64,000 nucleotides of DNA from an uncultured Acidobacteriaceae bacterium. GTDB taxonomy: Bacteria > Acidobacteriota > Terriglobia > Terriglobales > Acidobacteriaceae. The position numbers and the translations under genes were made by a program. Positions 60,245 to 64,000 of the stretch are shown piece by piece. Numbering within the stretch: the stretch's first letter is position 1; every line of letters starts with the position of its first letter. The stretch is from contig CAVTQV010000005.1 of NCBI GenBank assembly GCA_963736915.1, forward strand, positions 124,009-188,008, read 5' to 3'. The notes under the pieces were generated by a model that had not been told where the DNA came from, made no database searches, and saw nothing but the letters and a program-made list of their open reading frames with translations.

Positions 60245-61027
60245 ATGAACAAATTACCGGGAAGAGTTCTCGCGGGACTATGTACCGTCGGCATGGCCGC
60301 CGCAATGGCTGCGCCCGTGGGTGCGCAGACATCAGAGGTTAAGGAAAAACCGCCGATGTACTCCTACGTTGGCAACTGGGTTATTCCACGCGCCCAATGG
60401 GCCGACATGACCAAATCGGACCAAACCGATCGGCCAATTCTTGAAAAGGCGCTCTCCGGCGGCACGATCGTGGGCTATGGCAACGATCTGACCGTGATTC
60501 ACACACCGGACGGTGCGACGCATGACCAGTGGTGGTCGGCCATGTCGATGGCCGGCTTGATGAACGTGCTCGAGCAGTTCTACTCAAGTGGCAGCTCCAC
60601 CTCTCCGGTACTCGCCAGCGCTACCAAGCACTGGGACGGCATCTATGTCAGCCGGTATTACAACTGGCATTCGGGATCCGTGAAGAATGGTTACACGCAT
60701 GTCGGGCTCTATAAATTGAAGCCGGATGCCTCAGACGATGCGGTTGAGTCGGTGAGCAAGAATCTGGTGGTGCCGCTGCTCGAAAAGGAGCTTGCCGCGG
60801 GTACGATTGCCGAGTACGAGATTGATACCGAGGCAATTCATACCGATGCTCCGGGCAGCTTCACGATTGTCTACATCGCGACGAATGCCGAAGGGCTGGA
60901 TAAGGTCCAAGCAGACGTGGAGGCGGCGCTCAAGTCCAACCCACTGGGCGGTTCGGCGTTTGGTTCCATGACCGATTCATCAGGCCACCGCGACGAGTTG
61001 GTTCGCACCAACGCAACCTTTAAATAG
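60245..61027 (+). CDS. Secreted hypothetical protein
   Basis: AAAGGA RBS; signal peptide; two similar alpha/beta halves. Confidence 0.8.
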   Translation: MNKLPGRVLAGLCTVGMAAAMAAPVGAQTSEVKEKPPMYSYVGNWVIPRAQWADMTKSDQTDRPILEKALSGGTIVGYGNDLTVIHTPDGATHDQWWSAMSMAGLMNVLEQFYSSGSSTSPVLASATKHWDGIYVSRYYNWHSGSVKNGYTHVGLYKLKPDASDDAVESVSKNLVVPLLEKELAAGTIAEYEIDTEAIHTDAPGSFTIVYIATNAEGLDKVQADVEAALKSNPLGGSAFGSMTDSSGHRDELVRTNATFK

Positions 61028-61228
61028 GTAACAAACGGGCCTGGGTCCCCTCCCCCGCTTGTCCTTCCCTGCTCCACAATTCCATCCAAAAAGAATGAGC
61101 AGTTATTCCGCTCCGGATGAAGAACGCATCTGCGCCATTCGCGGCCGGCGCGAAAAGACGCCGGCAGCTTCGCGGACGGAAGCCAGCTATTGCAAGCCAT
61201 CACTTTTGAGCAAGGATACGAGCGTCGC

Positions 61229-61522
61229 CTACTGGATGTAGGCGACACCTTCGAGGGCGGTCTGGAGGCAATCTATTGTGCAGCGAGACATTTCCATGTT
61301 CGCGATGAGTTCGCGCAAATTCTCGGCGTTGGCGCCATAACCATGACCGGCCAGGAAATTCGCCGTGAGGTCCGCGGCCTGCCAGCTATCCAACTGACTA
61401 CGCAGTAGCTCCGTGCGCAGGTTTGTGAGCTCAGCCTCGCTGAACTTTTCAATCTGCGGTGAAGGCGGAAGGGCCGCCGGCACGCCTGCATGGAGTCGAT
61501 CCACTCTCACCTGGTCCTTCAT
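61229..61522 (-). CDS. Conserved hypothetical protein
   Basis: AGGAGG RBS; EKFS..EL..LR.EL…LDSWQAA…FL..HGYG. Confidence 0.75.
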   Translation of the reverse strand: MKDQVRVDRLHAGVPAALPPSPQIEKFSEAELTNLRTELLRSQLDSWQAADLTANFLAGHGYGANAENLRELIANMEMSRCTIDCLQTALEGVAYIQ

Positions 61523-61696
61523 CGCCCTCCTCCTTTCGCCCCGATACTCTCTTCTTCTGTGAACCCGATACGCAGAGAATGTTGCGCCGGTTCAATTGCG
61601 TTGTACTCCGCTATACAGAGAGACGCTGGCTTACCCTATTGGTATGTATGGAGAAAGTGAATCTTTGTTGATTGTGGTGAATTACGGGGCTGCGTT

Positions 61697-61865
61697 ATGA
61701 AGAAGACCGGGCATCCCGGAGCGACAGGAAGAGGAGCCAAAGAAGGATTTTCTTGAAAAGCGGGGCTTCACATGGGGAGCTTTGCTTGTCCTGCTTGTCG
61801 TGACATTGATTGCTGCACTGGTGCTTGCTTATTTGATGACGGTGCACAACATTCCGACGCACTGA
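61697..61865 (+). CDS. Small single-TM protein (extra base after ATG), missing from the ORF track
   Basis: ATG-a-AGA AGA CCG… reads RRPGIPERQEEEPKKDFLEKRGFTWGALLVLLVVTLIAALVLAYLMTVHNIPTH*. Confidence 0.55.
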
Positions 61866-61877
61866 GGAACAGATCTC

Positions 61878-62056
61878 TTACTGGAGAGCAGCTTCCGCGA
61901 GCAGCACAGGCAAGCCGTCACGTATGGGATAGCGGCGGCCACAGCCGGAGCAGAGGACCGCTTCCTGTTGAATCTCCTGCTGAGATGCACGAGCGCGGCA
62001 TGACATACGGGACACGCAAGCATGCTGAGCGCGGCTGCGATGGGCAATTTCTTCAT
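61878..62056 (-). CDS. Trm112 family protein (frameshift ~61983)
   Basis: MLACPVCH.AL in one frame; LCSGCGRRYPIRDGLPVLL in the other. Confidence 0.85.
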
Positions 62057-62162
62057 CTTCGACCAGTGTAGAGCGGGAGATCCGCGCACAACCATTACCA
62101 TAGAAGCAGGGCCTCAGAGGGTATGAGCGGGGCAGCACTTACGACGTCCTGACAGGAGGGAC

Positions 62163-63089
62163 ATGGGAGAGGCACGCAGGCTGGATGGCGCGGCGATCGC
62201 GTCCGCAATCAAGGAAGACGTGGCGCGCGAAGTGAAGGCGCTGGCGGAGCAGGGCATCCGCCCAGGGCTGGCCGCCGTGCTGGTGGGCCATGTGCCGGCG
62301 TCGGAGATTTATGTACGCAGCAAAGTGCGCACCTGCCAGGAGCTTGGACTGGGCAGCGAACTGATTACGCCGCCCGAGACGGTCACAACCGAAGAGATGC
62401 TGGCGCTGGTGGCTGAGCTGAACGGGCGTGACGATATTGACGGCATCCTGATACAGCTTCCGCTGCCGCCGCAGGTGAACGCGAAGCGGCTGCTGGAAGC
62501 GGTGGCTCCGGAGAAGGACGTTGACGGATTTCATCCGGTGAACGTGGGGCGTTTGCAGACCGGGCAACCTGCGCTCGCGCCGTGCACTCCAGCGGGACTG
62601 ATCGAGATATTGAAGCGCAGCAATCTGCCGATTGCAGGACAGAATGCAGTGGTGATTGGCCGCAGCGATATCGTGGGAAAGCCGGCGGCGATTCTGCTGT
62701 TGGCCGAGAATGCGACGGTCACGATCTGCCACTCGAAGACACGCGATCTGCCGGATGTCTGCCGCCGCGCGGATATTGTGGTTGCGGCGATCGGGCGGCC
62801 GGGATACGTAACCGCGGATATGGTAAAACCCGGAGCGACGCTGCTGGATGTGGGCATCAATCGCCTGACCACGCAGGAAGAGTTCGACCGATTCTTCAAG
62901 GGCGATGCGCGACGCGAGGAGCTGTTCCAGAAGAAAGGTTCGACGCTGATCGGCGATGTGCATCCTGCGGCGTTTGCGGTATCCGGCGCTTACACACCGG
63001 TGCCAGGTGGCGTGGGGCCGCTGACAATCGCGATGCTGATGGCAAACACGGTGCGCGCGGCTAAGCTGCGCCGCGGGATGTCGCTGTAG
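62163..63089 (+). CDS. folD: Methylenetetrahydrofolate dehydrogenase/cyclohydrolase
   Basis: YVRSK, DGILIQLPLP, KDVDGFHP.N, PCTP.G, GRSDIVGKP, TPVPGGVGP.T. Confidence 0.97.
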   Translation: MGEARRLDGAAIASAIKEDVAREVKALAEQGIRPGLAAVLVGHVPASEIYVRSKVRTCQELGLGSELITPPETVTTEEMLALVAELNGRDDIDGILIQLPLPPQVNAKRLLEAVAPEKDVDGFHPVNVGRLQTGQPALAPCTPAGLIEILKRSNLPIAGQNAVVIGRSDIVGKPAAILLLAENATVTICHSKTRDLPDVCRRADIVVAAIGRPGYVTADMVKPGATLLDVGINRLTTQEEFDRFFKGDARREELFQKKGSTLIGDVHPAAFAVSGAYTPVPGGVGPLTIAMLMANTVRAAKLRRGMSL

Positions 63090-63096
63090 AGCGCCG

Positions 63097-63759
63097 ATGC
63101 TACGGGTTGGATTGACCGGAGGCCTGGGCAGCGGGAAGACGACGGTGGCGGCGATCTTCCGCGAGCTTGGCGCGCAGGTGATGGAGGCAGATGCCGTAGG
63201 CCGCGCCATGATGGAGCCGGGGGAAGCGGTGTACCGCGACATCGTGAAGACCTTCGGCCCGGGCGTGCTGCGCGCTGACTCGACACTGGACCGCCGCAGG
63301 CTAGCGAAGACTGCCTTTGGGGAGGGACGGCTGGCAGAACTGAATGCTATCGTGCATCCGCCGGTGATTGCGGAGCAGCGGCGCTGGATGGAGGCGCTGG
63401 AGAGGGAGCAGCCGGATGCAGTGGCGATCTATGAGACGGCGTTGTTGTTTGAAGCAAGCCGGGCGGCGGGGACTCGGGACTGGCAGGAGCGCTTCGATCG
63501 GCGGATCCTGGTGACCGCGCCGGAGGCATTGCGCATCGCACGGTATGTGGCACGCATGGCGGGGCCTGATCCTGACGAGACGACGCGACTGTCACTGGAA
63601 GCGGAGGCACGCGAGCGCATGGCAGCCCAGATGCCGGACGAGGAAAAGATGCGGCTCAGCGATACCATCATCCGCAACGACACGTCTTTCGAAGAGGTAA
63701 GAAGACAAACAGAGGCTGTGTATCGAGAGCTGCGCGCCTTGGCGCGAGGTTCACGATGA
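63097..63759 (+). CDS. coaE: Dephospho-CoA kinase
   Basis: VGLTGGLGSGKTTV, LDR..L, LN.IVHP, LLFE. Confidence 0.95.
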   Translation: MLRVGLTGGLGSGKTTVAAIFRELGAQVMEADAVGRAMMEPGEAVYRDIVKTFGPGVLRADSTLDRRRLAKTAFGEGRLAELNAIVHPPVIAEQRRWMEALEREQPDAVAIYETALLFEASRAAGTRDWQERFDRRILVTAPEALRIARYVARMAGPDPDETTRLSLEAEARERMAAQMPDEEKMRLSDTIIRNDTSFEEVRRQTEAVYRELRALARGSR

Positions 63760-63797
63760 AACGCCCATTCGCACGGCAAGGAGAGAACGACCGCACA

Positions 63798-64000
63798 ATG
63801 AAGATTCGCCGTCTTGCAGCGCTTGTTGTTTTGATTGTCGCTGGATTCTGGTATGTCACCAGCTTTGGTATTCCGGGCATGCACAAATTGCAGCGGCTCG
63901 CGCGCCATGAACTGCCTGCGCTGGCGCATGACGTACACCTGAGTCCATCCGTAGAACTGACTGTAGCGGACGCGCAGAGCAACTATGACAGCGTGGAGCA
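63798..64000 (+). CDS. 5' part of a membrane-anchored protein (possibly HtrA/S1C protease), runs off window
   Basis: AAGGAG upstream; MKIRRLAALVVLIVAGFWYVT…YDSVE open to the end; product inferred from context only. Confidence 0.55.
   Translation, partial: MKIRRLAALVVLIVAGFWYVTSFGIPGMHKLQRLARHELPALAHDVHLSPSVELTVADAQSNYDSVE

Overview
GC-rich chromosomal window whose gene set and repeat families point to Acidobacteriota (Acidobacteriaceae-like; inference). It holds about 65 CDS. These include BlaI/BlaR1, a YtrA-GntR/SPFH unit, GH20-nagA, hmgA-X-fahA, an AmiE-like/NamZ fusion with an SSS transporter, FucP, an acyl-CoA dehydrogenase, a secreted GH13, a decayed toxin-antitoxin spot, an EfpL-type EF-P, and folD-coaE. 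It also holds tRNA-Thr(CGT), tRNA-Arg(CCG) and a parS site. I saw no CRISPR array, prophage, integrase or IS transposase. About a dozen single-base frameshifts look like assembly errors. The main unexplained structures are mostly non-coding. (1) A 230-250 bp modular dispersed element occurs twice (28846-29094, 40263-40493). Each copy is paired with the same downstream ~78 bp motif; one pair encloses a small membrane ORF and the other is empty. (2) A stand-alone ~80 nt sRNA candidate has a near-consensus sigma70 promoter and anti-SD-like loops. (3) A higBA/HTH remnant cluster lies next to a duplicated gene 3' end. (4) An uncharacterised gene occupies the maiA position of the homogentisate operon.
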